The notes below the pieces were generated by a model that was not told where the DNA came from, made no database searches, and saw only the letters and a list, made by a program, of their open reading frames with translations. This document shows, piece by piece, positions 1 to 13,239 of a DNA stretch of 64,000 nucleotides. The position numbers and the translations under genes were made by a program. Origin of the DNA: Lama guanicoe (lineage: Eukaryota). The stretch lies in NCBI GenBank assembly GCA_013239625.1, contig MU053810.1, positions 1,311,320 to 1,375,319 on the forward strand. Reading direction: 5' to 3'. Numbering within the stretch: position 1 is the stretch's first letter; every line of letters starts with the position of its first letter.

Positions 1-439
1 CCCCATTGGAAGGATATTTGTACCATTTGTATGAGTTGATTTTAAAAAAGAAAAAAGGAAAAAAACTCCAAAACCTCTTGGTTGTGAATAAACCATAAAG
101 CGATGCCATCATTTTTTGTAGTGCTTTTATCTTTATGTAAATATCCACTTTGAAACTAGTATGTTTACTGCTCCATTTTCTTACTCCAGGTGTACGTCAA
201 GCAGCAAACGCTGTCCCTTTTGCCTTCTTTTTCTCCCTCAGTTCCATTTTATGGCTCAAACTCTAGTTCAGGGTCTTCTTATAACTCATCAGAATTTCTG
301 TTATGGCTGCATAACTGATTTCTCTAATTTACTCACACGTGTAACTACCAAATTAATCTTCTAGTCCCTACTGTAGTGTAAGTTCCAGAAAAGTAGACCT
401 TGCACTTTTCTTATTCACCCTAATAACAAAAAATAATTT

Positions 440-780
440 TTTACTGCAGGCAACAGAATCTGACTCAGACCAATGTAAAGGCAGAAAATGAGTTTACTGA
501 AAGAATATTGGGCCTCTCCAAAAATTAAATATAAAACTAAGAATCTAAGACAAAAAGAATGAGAGGGAAGCGAGTCAGACTGATAAATCAGATGGTAAAA
601 TTGCCTAATTTCACTCCTATGAATCCTTCCTTCAGAGCTGGGCCCTCTACTCCCCTGCCAGCATTATAAGTAATCTCTAATTGTCCCTTTGTCACTCCCT
701 TGGAATTAGAAAAGCTGGTTGGAAGCATACTATTGACCAAGCCCAAGTCATCTGTTCACACTTCAAAGTCTTCTTAGTTA
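440..780. mobile_element. Degenerate MaLR (MLT1-type) LTR fragment
   Basis: tgcaggcaacagaatctgactcag...gagtttactgaaagaatattggg resembles old MLT1 termini. Boundaries approximate. Confidence 0.4.
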
Positions 781-1009
781 CTCCTTCATGTCTAATTTTC
801 ACATCATCCATCTCTGGGTAATGACCATCGCTCTTCTTTTTTTAAGAAAATCATAATCCAACTTGGATATTCTGCAACCATATGGACCAGTTTATAAAGT
901 TGACCAGCAACAATAAATTGTCTGTCTATACTTCAGTGGTGAGAGAGGAAATAAAACGGAGACTAATCAAAATACACAAATTCATCCAAGTTAAAAAGAA
1001 GGAAAATGC

Positions 1010-1400
1010 TTGGAGGCTCTCACTGACCTACTAAATACATTTCTTATCCTTTATTGCAACTCCTGTCTTATCCATCTGTCTCTGGTTATGAAATGATCCC
1101 TTAAAGTAGGACCTCTTGCCTTTCTCTGGTCATGCCCCATCTTCTCTCCTCTCATCTCATTGACTTTAATCTTCTGCTTCTCTGGCTAGGAATGCCCTGC
1201 CCTTCATCTCCTGTTGTGTAAATCCTTTTTGACTTTCAAGGGCAGAGCAAAAGCCACCTTCTTCATGAATTTATCCCTAACATTCCCCGCAGGAAGCCAA
1301 ACTCTCTTCCAGATTATCTTAGTCCTAAATTTATGGTTCTCCTATAGTATATCTGACATGATACTTTGTGATATGTGGAACTTGTTTTCTGTCATTTTCA
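1010..1400 (+). mobile_element. L2 LINE remnant
   Basis: Pyrimidine-rich L2-like phrases (ctctggctaggaatgccctgccc...ccaccttcttcatgaatttatccct). Confidence 0.45.
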
Positions 1401-3463
1401 GTTCCTCTCCACTAAAAAATCTCCATTGTCATTATCTTTTTTTTTTTTTAAGAAATTTTAGTGAGAATCAATGCTCTTTAACTCTGGGTTGATTGAGAAA
1501 AATATAAATTTCAAGTAAGTGTATAATATAGAACAAATACCCATTTTATTTCAGAAATGAGATAGCAATTGTAGATAAATAATTTAAAACATGATTTTAA
1601 AGCTTGGGTCATTTTTATAATTTTGTTTTAGTTGGAGATTCATGGGCCTGATTTAAAAATGAATAGTGATGAATGTGCAAGAAACGGAAAGAAAGTGATA
1701 ATCAGTCAATCCTGGTTCACTTATTGGTTTATAGAATATTATTAGGTTTTAAATCTATTATCCAGGTCACGAAGTCCTCACGATTTGTCAAATGATAGGA
1801 TAATTCCTCTTTATTCCTGAAAGGGATATTAGATTAGAAGAAAAAAAAAAAGCCCAAAAACCAGAAGAACCAGAAAAAGGCGTTAAAAGCTAACACCAGG
1901 CAGGCTTAAGGGAGTAGGAGCTGGATTCCCTCTGAACTACATTTGGAGAAGCTTGTCTGTTGCACCACGAGGTGGTTCTTACTTGGTTCCCTGCTGATCT
2001 TCAGGCTGGAAGAAATTTTGTTGAATTAGGGGGAAGAAATCCAAATGACAACCAGAGAAAAGTCAGTCCCAGTATGAATCGTACCCCGTCAGCCTGGGTG
2101 TGACAGGTGCCTCATATTAAATCTGAAGCTAAACCATAATTCTCTGTCTCAGCTCTGTCTCGAAGGGGAATGCTTTCCTATGACGTTCACCACATAAACG
2201 TATATATTTACGTATCCATAGTATGTAAACATGTATCTATATGTAAAATAAAACATGGTGTGGTGATTTGGTTATTTCTTTACCATTTGTGAAAATTATC
2301 ATGACCTTGGCTGGCTCTTTCCCTTTCACTCAGAAATACTCAGAAGGCCAACTGTTTTACAAGGCCAAGTGTGAGGGATTCTGGGAAGTTTTCAATAGCC
2401 AAGGTCACTCTGGCCCTGTTCTGTTCTCTGGGGCTCTTAGAATCTACTTCTATTACCGGTTTCCCGATTGCCTGGAACACATATGTTGTTATCTGTGAAA
2501 ACATCCAGACTTTATGCAAACAAACTTGTTTGTTGCCTCAAAAATAGAATAAAAAAGTGACATTGCTTCTCGAAAAAAATCCATTATAAGAAAAGATTTT
2601 CTTTTTTCACTGAAAAAACAGTGACTTCAACAGAATGACCAGTTTGTCTGATAGCATCTTATTGGCATGTGAGAACATTTTAGCCAGAAAAGATGGGTTA
2701 CTCTTTGTGGAAATAGTTGGAAATGGAAAAATAGAAAACAAACAAAAACGACTTTCTTGGCTTCACCAAGAGTAAATAAATGGGTGTACATATTATGAGT
2801 TATCATTTTCACTAACATAAACTTGCTCAAAATAGAAAACATGTGGTTGGAGAAATAACCAACTTTTGGTAAAAAAAAAAAGGGGGTCCAGTGGAATGAC
2901 AGGTCATGGCTGGTCATCTCTGCTGGATGGAGCAGATGACTGATCAATTGGGTGGTCAGTTCAGGTTCTCAAATATCCAGACTTTGTTTTCGCCCTTTTT
3001 GCTCTTTCTAATTGTGCCATAATGAATGCAGTGCATACCTCCTGTGGGATTTCATGTGAGCCTTGATAACCCAGCACAATTTAATGTAATCATTTAAATT
3101 ACTTTATTAGAAAGGAAGAAATCAGTCTTATGAACTGTGTGGTTTTAAAAATAATAGTAATTCAATCATGTAGAATATCCAAGCTTTAGGTAAAGCTACT
3201 TACTTATTCATAGTCCTCAAAAGTTAATATTGATTAAATTAAACAGCTGGATGTATTTGTCTTTGTCTTTGGAGCCAGTGCCCTGTTAACTGGGTATTTT
3301 GGTATCACAGCCACTTTCTCTGGTTGGATCATAGAGGCAGTGGAGACATGACAGCTGGGAGATCCCTGAAAGACCGCTGAGGAATAATATTTAACTCCTG
3401 AGTGATCTTCTCTGCCACCCACCTCAGTAAATCCCCTGTTTCTCCTTTGATCTTCCTGATGTT

Positions 3464-3778
3464 ACTATGAACTCATCTACAAAACAGAAACAGACTCGCA
3501 GACATAGTAAACAATCTTATGGTTACCGGGGAAAGGGGGTGGGAAAGGATACATTTGAAAGTTTGAGATTTACACATGTTAGCCACTATATATAAAAGTA
3601 GACTTAAAAAAATGTTTCTTCTATATAGCACAGGGAAATATGTTCAATATCTTATAATAACCTTTAATGGAAAATAACATGAAAAAGAGTATACGTATGT
3701 ATATGCATGACTTTGACATTGTGCTGTACACCAGAAATTGACACATTGTAACTGACTGTACTTCAATGAAAAAAAAAA
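3464..3778 (+). mobile_element. 5'-truncated L1 3' UTR with A tail
   Basis: aaaacagaaacagactcgcagacatag...tatagcacaggg...acaccagaaattgacacattgtaactgactgtacttcaat plus A-run. Homologous to the copies at 4645, 26690 and 43635. Confidence 0.85.
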
Positions 3779-4643
3779 GGGACTGTATTTACTAATATTA
3801 GCCCTAGAGTTAGACGTCAAGAATTCAGCATTTGGGGAATTCTTTGACTATTAAAGTTGCAATTAATATGGGATAGAGCTGTCAGCGAAAAATAGCATTA
3901 AGCCAGGTCAAGTACATAACGTGGTCCAACACTGTGTATAATAGAGGCCTCACCAGCACAGACGCGTCAGACCAGGAACTATTGTTTAGTTCCATCTGGA
4001 AGTGATTAAAGAGGAATGTATCTCTTATCCACGAGGGTCTCTCTGAGTTCCAGACCTCATGACAAGAAAGAAATGACCAGCAATCGCTCTAACATTTCAT
4101 ATTTTTTTATATGCTTCCATGTTCACATACGTTTTAGATTATTTGAGGTTATATGAAGGCAGAAAATTCTTCATGTGTGCAATTTCCATCATTTGTGGTG
4201 ATATCACAATTTTCAGTTAGGAAGGAATTCACTATAGTCGTGGCAAATATTGATGGTGAGTTAAAATGATGACTCCTTGGGGGCTTCTTAATATCTGTTT
4301 CTTCAGCTTTTGATTTTCCCTGGTATGGAAAATATATTCTTGATTTCTTTGGAGTCTGAAGCCTCTGTGTGCTGGGTTGGGGAGCTCTGAAAATCAGGGT
4401 ATTCAGCCTTCCACCAGCCTTGTATTTTCTCTCACTGAGATCTGCTGCCCAGCTTCTCTGCTCCAGCCTTTCCATCACCACCTCTTTGTGTGTGTCCCTG
4501 TGTGCACGCATGTCCACGTCCACATGTACACACAATATTTGCACAAAGGTGCATCAATACACATAAGTGTGTATATATATATATGTCTATATCAATTTTG
4601 AATTTCCATCAGCTGTCTTCTATCTTTTTTTTTAATTCTAGAT

Positions 4644-4928
4644 TTTTTTTTTAATTGAAGTCTAGTCAGTTTACAATGTTGTGTCAATTTCTGGTGTACA
4701 GCATAATGTTTCAGACATACATGTATTCATTTTCATCTTCTTTTTCATGATAGGTTACTACAAAATACTGAATATGGTCCCCTGGGCTATACAGAAGAAA
4801 CTTGTTGTTTATCATTTTTATATATACCAGTTAATATTTGCAAATCTCAGACTCTCACTTACCCCTTCCCACCCCCTTTCCCCACGGTGACTATAAGATT
4901 GTTTACTTTGTGTGTCTGGTTCTGTTCC
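4644..4928 (-). mobile_element. 5'-truncated L1 3' UTR, antisense
   Basis: T-run followed by attgaagtctagtcagtttacaatgttgtgtcaatttctggtgtacagc, the reverse complement of the L1 tail. Confidence 0.85.
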
Positions 4929-5474
4929 TATGTTTATTTCAGCTTTGGTCTTAACTAGCTGCAGCTTTTCACTTTGAAAATGATGACCACTTTCTCTCCG
5001 GCATCTCTTTTCAGAGACTTCTCAGCTTCTACGTTGGACTCAGCTCCTGGAAACGTTTAGATTTCCTTTCCTTTCATCTCTTCTGTCCGACTTGACTTTG
5101 CTCTTCTGCATAGCCTTTCTGAGCAGCCGCACAAGCCCTCCTGACTCATCACAGACTCCACGTGCTCCCCACACTTCTCTGGAAGCGTCAGACTCTTCTT
5201 TAAGTCCCATCCCGTCTTTCTAGGAATATTTAAGCTATTAGATATTGAAATTAAACAAGAAGATCAAAACGACTCTCTTATGACTCCACATTAGAAGTGA
5301 CTATTTTTAATTTAAAAGGTAATGAGCTTTTGTACTTTACAAAAGGATGTATGAAAATATGAAACTAAAATTATAATTCAAAACAACCTCAAACCAAGAG
5401 TTCTGAGGAGTTGAAGTTTGGAGGGAGTGGGGTGGAAATTACCATCTTCTTCCCCTCCTGTAGCTTTTTTTGTG

Positions 5475-5610
5475 ATTTTATTTGTTTATTTATTTTTTGA
5501 AGGGAAGGTAATTAGATTTAGTTACTTATTTTCAGAGGAGGAACTGGGGATTGAACCGAGGACCTCATGCATGCTAATTATGCGCTCTACCACTGAGCTA
5601 TAACCTCCCC
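5475..5610 (-). mobile_element. tRNA-derived SINE (Vic-1-like)
   Basis: Minus strand reads ggggaggttatagctcagtggtagagcgcat...gaggtcctcggttcaatccccag (A and B boxes), then an A-rich tail. Confidence 0.85.
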
Positions 5611-6502
5611 ACCTTTGTGGTATTTTTGATGATTATTAATGAAGTACTTGCCAAAGACAAACAATTTCCCATTTATAACTGGTTGTTATTATAGTTTACA
5701 ATGAGCATTTTACCATTTATGTCATTGAATGTGATAAGGTTTGGCAAGAGCTTAATTCCCTCTCTTTAAAACTGAAGTTCCCCCTGTGCATATATTTTTT
5801 TTTCCTTTGAAAACAGGCACTCAATTTTGCTTTCACTAAACATATTAATCATAGAGATAAAAATCTATCAGATTTTCCTTGCGCACTTTAAGCTTTCACT
5901 GAACTTATTTGAAATTCATGAGACTGTTTCATTGTATTTCACTATAAATTATCAGTGTAAAATAATGTTTATTGCTATAAGGAAGCTTTTTCAACTGCTG
6001 CCCAAAGTAAGTGAACAATGAAACTCAACATCCTGTAGGAGGGCAAAGAAACACCCATAAATGTCAGAAATTGTGCCTCTTTGCATAGCACAGAATAAAG
6101 CAGGATGTGGACATGAGAGGAATGGCTTGGTTCCTGGGAATGTGAGCAAAGACAGTTCCTAAACCCCTTTATCCCAGGTGGGCTTTTTTTCTTAAATATT
6201 TTCCTTTTCTCTCTCCCAGGATTTATGATAAAATAAAAAGGCACATTTATTCTCACACATTTATATACATACAATATTGTTTGCAAAAGTCCTTTGTGTG
6301 AAATCCCATAAAACTTCAGAAATAATTGGTAAACCCATATGAATGAATGATAACTTTAGTTAGTAAATTTTACATTTATGTTAAAATACATCATAAAGTT
6401 ATATTTTTAAAGAGTTTCAAGTTTCTGTTTTTCTAACCTGCACTATTAATTTTGTGGTATATTAAATCGATGGAAATAGTCAGCATCAATACAGTCCTTA
6501 TT

Positions 6503-7186
6503 AAACAGTATGGAGATTCCTCAAAAGACTAGGAATAGACTTACCATGTGACCCACTAATCCCACTCCTGGGCATGTATCCAGAAGGAACCCTACTTCAA
6601 AAAGACACCTGCACCCCAATGTTCATAGCAGCACTATTTACAATAGCCAAGACATGGAAACAGCCTAAATGTCCATTGACAGATGACTGGATAAAGGAAA
6701 TGTGGTATATTTATACAATGGAATACTATTCAGTCATTAAAAACTGACAACATAACACCATTTGCAGCAACATGGATGTCCTTGGAGAATGTCATTCTAA
6801 GTGAAGTAAGCCAGAAAGAGAGAAGAATACCATATGAGATTGCTCATATGTGGAATCTTAAAAAAAAAAAGAACATAAATACAAAACGGAAACAGACTCA
6901 TAGACATAGAATACAAACTTATGGTTGCCAAAGGGGAGCGGGGTGAGAAGGGGCAGACTGGGAATTTGAAATTTGTAGATACTGACAGGCATATGTAGAA
7001 TAGATAAACAAGTTTATACTGTATAGCACAGGGAAATATATATAAGATCTTGTGGTAGCTCACAGTGAAAAAAATGTGACAATGGATATATGTATGTTTA
7101 TGTATAACTAAAAAATTGTGCTCTACACTGGAAATTGACACAACATTGTAAAATTACTATAACTCAATCAAAAATGTTTTAAAAAA
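6503..7186 (+). mobile_element. 5'-truncated L1 (ORF2 C-terminal remnant plus 3' UTR)
   Basis: Typical ORF2 end (gacacctgcaccccaatgttcatagcagcactatttacaatagccaagacatggaaacagcctaaatgtcca), then 3' UTR and A-rich end. Confidence 0.92.
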
Positions 7187-7894
7187 TTCCTTGTTTTATC
7201 CATTTTGGCTATTTAACTCTATATGAATTATCCTGGAAAGTAAATGACTAATTAAATCATTCTTCAATAGAAGAAATATTCCTTGAAAACATACCTCATG
7301 CCATTAGCTCTGTTAGGCATTAAGATGTCACTGTACTATCAAAGGGAGGTTAAAACTTCTTTGACTGAATTAGCTGTGATTTCATGTTGAATTTGGACAT
7401 TCTGTGAGCAAAACATGAGTAAAGACTTGGTAAAGATGCTGTTCCAAGGATGCAACTGTAATTTCTTGACGGTGCTTACTTATGGCTTTGATTGTGGGAT
7501 TTTCTGTTGGTTTCAGAATCACTTTTCTTAAAACTAATTTACATACAAATCCCCTCTACTCTAAAGCAGCACTTCATTACCTATTTCCTGCTGAGACACA
7601 TGAGAACTAATTTTCATGTGCTTTTCATGCTCCGTGTACAGTAGAGAAACGAGAGCAGTGACGTGTGTACAATTTATGACGATCGCCATAAATCCATGTC
7701 CTTATTCTCCCCTGGAAAAGCAGATTGGATGGGATACAAGTGAGTGAGCATCAATTTATTGTTGGTACAGCTTTGAGTCAACTCCAACATACAAAGAATA
7801 AACAAATCAGTGCAAATTACAGCATGAGATACACTTTACTGTTGAACCCAGCACACTTTAGACTTGAGATTCATTTGATAAATGTGTGATGGCA

Positions 7895-8247
7895 TGTCTT
7901 AGTCTGTTCAGGCTGCTGTAACAGAATCTCATAGACTTGGTGTCTTACAAACAACAAACATTTACTTCTTACACTTTTGAAGGCTAGGAAGCCCAAGATG
8001 AAGATCAAGATGCTGACAGATTTGGTGTCTGATGGAAACCTACTTCCTCATAGACAGTGCCTTCTCGCTGTGTCCTCACAAGGTGGGAGGGGCAAGGGTC
8101 ACTTTTATAAGGGCACTAATCCCATTCATGAAGGCTCCACTCTCATGACTCAATCACCTCCCCAAAGCCCACCTCCAATATCATCATACTGGGAATTATG
8201 TTTCAACATACGGAATTTGGGAGGTCACAAACATTGAGTCTGTTGCA
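7895..8247 (-). mobile_element. MaLR solo LTR (MLT1A-like) with 5-bp TSD
   Basis: TG...CA termini. Internal ttttataagggcactaatcccattcatga...ctcatgact...cacctcccaaagccccacctcc. Flanked by TGGCA at 7890-7894 and 8248-8252. Confidence 0.88.
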
Positions 8248-8269
8248 TGGCATGTCTCCCTGCTTCCAG

Positions 8270-8446
8270 TGCCACATGGAAGAGTTTCACTGCCTAAAAA
8301 TTTCCCTGTGCTCCTCTCTTTCCCCCAGCCCTCGGCAACCACTGATCCTTTTACCAGATCCACAGTTTTGCCTTTTCCAGAATGTCATACAGTTGGAGAA
8401 AGACAATATGTCGCCCTTCCAGATTGACTCGTTTCACTCAGTAATT
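8270..8446 (-). mobile_element. Ancient L1M 3' fragment
   Basis: cccagccctcggcaaccactgatcc...ttttgccttttccagaatgtcatacagttgga...tttcactcagtaat. Confidence 0.75.
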
Positions 8447-8937
8447 TAAGGCAGTACTAACATTTTGCAGGTTAGTAAAAGAAAATGTTCATTTTTCAGA
8501 GAATTATATGAGAAAGATGTTAACTATAATAATTAGGTAACCGTGGGTGACACCCGAGAATAAATACATTGATGTTAAAATTTTAGAGACACTCTTAACT
8601 TCTCAAAGAGGGGGAATGCGTTCAATTCAGAAGACAAACAGGGTACATCTTCTAGGAGTAATCATTTTACCTGAAAACCTGGAGGAAGTCTTTTGTATTG
8701 AAGAAGCTTGGGTGCGTTACGTCGTAGGATACAGACTTCTCATTAGCTAAGGCAGGAGACTTACAGGAAATGTTGAGCTTGTGGGGAACTGCCTCTGCTA
8801 AGAGTCTGCCGAGACTCCCTTTAGGATGCGAGTTCAAGTTCCTCTCGCCTCAGTATTTCAGTGGAAAATTTAAGAAATGATTTGGTGGTGGGGAGAGGGC
8901 ATTTAATTGAAAACAAGACACATTTTGATGGAAGGAT

Positions 8938-9352
8938 GGTATCTCACATTGTGTTCCCAAGGAAGTGGACTCTGAGACACAGATTCCTGTGCGGAAGGTT
9001 TATGGAAATTTTCCCAGGAACAATCCCTATGAAGTGAAGAAAGCAGGACTGGGCAGAGGGAGGGCTGAGCTGTGATGCAGGATGCCATAGGGGGCCTCAT
9101 GCTGATGCCAGCAGGGAGCTTAGGAGCTGCTCTGGTCCCAAATTGAGGCATGGGACTGGGTCATCTTATCCCCAGTTTACCAATGAAAGGAGCTAATCCT
9201 GGACAGGCGTGTACTTTACGGGGACAAGCGTAGAGCCAGACTCAGAGGTGAGCTGCCATCTGATAACCACCCACCGCATCCCAGCAGCTAGGGGAATGAA
9301 GGTCTTGATCATGACAGAAGAATCTCAACAGCACAAGACAGAATCCACTGTA
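8938..9352. mobile_element. Ancient ERVL-type LTR (LTR16-like)
   Basis: ttcccaaggaagtggactctgagac...aagcaggactgggcagagggagggctgagctgtgatgcag. Confidence 0.6.
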
Positions 9353-10569
9353 GGCAGTACAAGCCCAGCAGGTTTCTTATAAAGAAGGACCTAAAACAAG
9401 TGAATTTGAATATCTTTTGATATAAATGATTCTAAAATTTAATGGAATTGCTATCTCCAAATAAGAGAAAACTTTATTCTTCTTTAATATAAGGAAAAAT
9501 ATAAAAGAACACACATACAGCTCATTTTGAATCGGGAGAATCTTGTCTTGAAATAGGGAAAATTATTTCCCTCGTGTTTTTTCAGAAAAGGCTAGTACCT
9601 TAGCTTAGCGAAGTTGTAGGCGTATTACTAAGGGTGGTTTTGGATTTTCATTATATGCAAAAAGTTTATTCCAGTCTTTTCAACCTTGAGTTGAGATTCA
9701 ACCTTGAGGTGAGTTCATAAAGATAAAAGTTTAGTCCATAAACTATTTGAGAAAAAAATGACAGTAGCAATGTCTGCCCTCTCTTAAATGTGAGAATAAT
9801 CTAATAAAGAGAATGAAGAGAAACTATTTGACTATGGTTAAATATCAAAATATATATGTGTATAAAATCAAAAGATATATATTATATATATATAAAGGCA
9901 TAAAATTTTAAATCCAATTTATTTTCTAATGTTCAATTCAGAATGTTTTATATCAGAACACTGCACTTGTATGTGTTGCTGTGACCTTAGGTAGTTCAAT
10001 AAAAACATGATACTAATGTCTCAAAGTCACACATTTGACTCCCCTACTGAAATATGCTTGTTTCCATGGGCAAAGAGTCCCTCAGATACGTGGCTTCCAT
10101 CACAAAGTTTGAATCCAAGTATATTCTAGATATGCCACTACACTATACTAAGTGAGTGATGAGAGAGAGGAACTTTTACATCTCATTTCTGAAATGAATT
10201 CACAACTCCATCTTTATGTATAAAACAAATCGTTCTCACGTAATACATAGATGAAAGTAGTTTAGAAACGTAAAGAACACAAAATAAACTGTTCCTGGAC
10301 TGGTCCCCCCTACTGTCTGACTGTTTTCTTTTCTCTTGAATATAATGATGTGCCCATCAAAATCTGTCACAAAGATGATATGAAGCACACGAACCATTCC
10401 ACTAATAATGTTCCAGTAAATTAGTGTAGTTCCGTATATTCATAGATATTCTCTGACCTCTAGAAACAACAGTAAGCCAACACTCCTTGCTCATGCATTA
10501 AGTATTGACTTAAACTATTGCTGTCAAATAGTTTTACATGAGAAGATTTCATTACATTTACATCATGTC

Positions 10570-10680
10570 TTTGGACACTGAACATTTATGAGCCTCAGTA
10601 TCATCATCTGTAAAATGGGTTGGTTGGATGTGACCCACATTATCTTGAAGATTCCCACTAGCGTGATATCTTGGTTTAAA
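10570..10680 (+). mobile_element. MIR fragment
   Basis: MIR core gagcctcagtatcatcatctgtaaaatggg. Confidence 0.65.
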
Positions 10681-11225
10681 CTATGACTTCACCTGCACTT
10701 TACATATGGCTACACAGGACCTTTGAAATGTCATCAAGACCCCAGGACAAAAAGCAAGATGTCAAATCCACAGCAGACCTCTGCTTCTGTGACTCAGCCT
10801 TCCCCAAGTCTCAGGAGCCAAATTCCCCAAGTGGAGGCCACGAAGAAACAGTTAATAAACTGTCTCATGATATAATGACAAAATGCCAATTTTCCCGAAG
10901 TTCTCAAATTGTGAGTGCAACTTTTGAAGTGCCTCATTACTGTGTAGTAGTATCTTTACTCCTCAAAGAAAATCTGAGGGTCAAATTTAAGAACACAAAT
11001 CAAAATTTCTTCTTTAATTTGAAAGTGTCACTTTTCATGATAATGATGCCCTTTTTTAATAAGAATGTTGTTTCTGAGGTTAAGAGAAGATATATTCTCT
11101 AATCAAGTTGGCGTATTTTCTTAGGGTTCACATTATTCCCAATTGGAAATTCATTTACTTAACAAAATGTTTCATGTTTATGCAGGAATGAAAGCATCCT
11201 CTAATGTTTCAACCCTGGAGAGTGA

Positions 11226-11591
<366 letters not shown>

Positions 11592-11999
11592 TAGAGTTTG
11601 ACAGATAAAGCAAAGTTCCCTGGAGTCCTACGATGGTCGCATCATCAGTAACGTAGTTGTTTGTGTTGTGTTGCTAAACAAAGAGTCTAATTCCTCGCTT
11701 AGCATTTCTGGAAATATTTTGTTTGCAGTCACACTGATCTCTGTTAAACTTCTCTGATTTCCTTTCTTAATTTACATCTGGGTCATTTGTATAGGGGATG
11801 CTCTGTGTCTTATCTTTTTAACAAATGTTTGTGGGAATGAATTGAAGACATGTAATTGCAGCTTCTTCCCACCATAAGTGTTCGTGAAGATGACTCAAGC
11901 AAATGGGCCAATATCCATTTTGATGAACAGATGTAGTTACGTGTGGACCTGGACAGCTCCCTGGGTAGATGCTATGTCATTAAGAGTTGATGGAACAGG

Positions 12000-12135
12000 A
12001 AATCTGTAGGACATTGGGCTTGACCTCATCCACATCACTTACTACCTGTACAGTCTTGGGAAAGTTACTTGAGTCAGTCTCACCGTCCCTGTAATACCTA
12101 CTTTCCAGGGCTGTGCCGGTTTGAGAGAATCAGCA
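12000..12135 (+). mobile_element. MIR fragment
   Basis: catcacttactacctgtacagtcttgggaaagttactt...gtaatacctact. Confidence 0.55.
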
Positions 12136-13093
12136 AAACCCCCAGTCCTGCATTCAGCCACTTCTGTCTTTATTATAATTAGCCTGTGTCAGATAGGGGA
12201 GGATGAGTGTTAAGTAATTACACAAATGACACACGTCTTTAAGGTACGCACATAATCACGGTGGAGTCAAAGCACCAATAACATTTTATTAAATTGTTTG
12301 TTGGCTTGGATTCATGTTATATCATACTGTATTATAAATTTGGTCAAGGGCCGCAGTGCCAGAGCTCCATAAGCCATATGTTTGTGGCCCCTTTTTTGAG
12401 CAAAAAAAAAAGCAGTTTGGAATGTAGCTGAAAGAGGGGGATATTGGAAGAAATAGAAGGCTATTTCAGTTCCCTGTTTAGAGTGAGTATCCAGAATTAT
12501 AATTGTTGGAAAAGGTGTGAAGATGAATGAAGGAAAAGGAAGATGGCTTTTGGATATTTGAAGGTTTTAGCCTGAAATCAGTGAGCTTATTTCCTGGCTT
12601 AGGTTTAGAAATTGACTTCTATCTCCCTGTTTTTTCCTACATGTGTATTCTTTCTATAGTAAAGCTGATTTGGGAGGTCTTACAATATTTTCTTAGAGGC
12701 CAGTTCAACAAATGGAGGGGAATGAGGAAGAGGAAGCCACGTTACTTATCCCTGTTACCGTCAAGGCTCTAGTGGAATCTGGCTGAGAGAAATCAGATTC
12801 AGTTCAATATAGTCATATGATATTTGACCCCGGTGTCATTTAAAAAGAAGCTTAGGAAAGTACTGCATCCTAATACTTTTAGACATATGTTGGAAAATTG
12901 GAGTTTGATGAGACAGTAATATACAAAGTTCTACTCTTAAAAGGAAATAAGTCCATATGAGGAATAGACTGATATCATGAAAGAATTGTTTCTCTCCATC
13001 TCTAAAATAGTTATTGAGTTATAACTCTGTAGGGAAAATTGTGTGAAACTATGAACAAAATGCTAGAGCAAAATTACAAGAATAGCAGTATCT

Positions 13094-13137
13094 CATTGTA
13101 AAATGATTATAAATCAATAAAAAATGTTAAAAAAAAA
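13094..13137 (+). mobile_element. 44-bp extreme 5'-truncated young L1 insertion with 16-bp TSD
   Basis: cattgtaaaatgattataaatcaataaaaaatgtt(A)n is identical to the tail of the L1 at 29121-29296. Flanked by AAGAATAGCAGTATCT at 13078-13093 and 13138-13153. Confidence 0.92.
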
Positions 13138-13239
13138 AAGAATAGCAGTATCTGATGGTGATAATTGACCAAACAATTGAAAGCATAAAAGTTTCTTTCT
13201 GGGTTCATCTATTGATTTAGAGTGGTAGTTGATAAGCTC

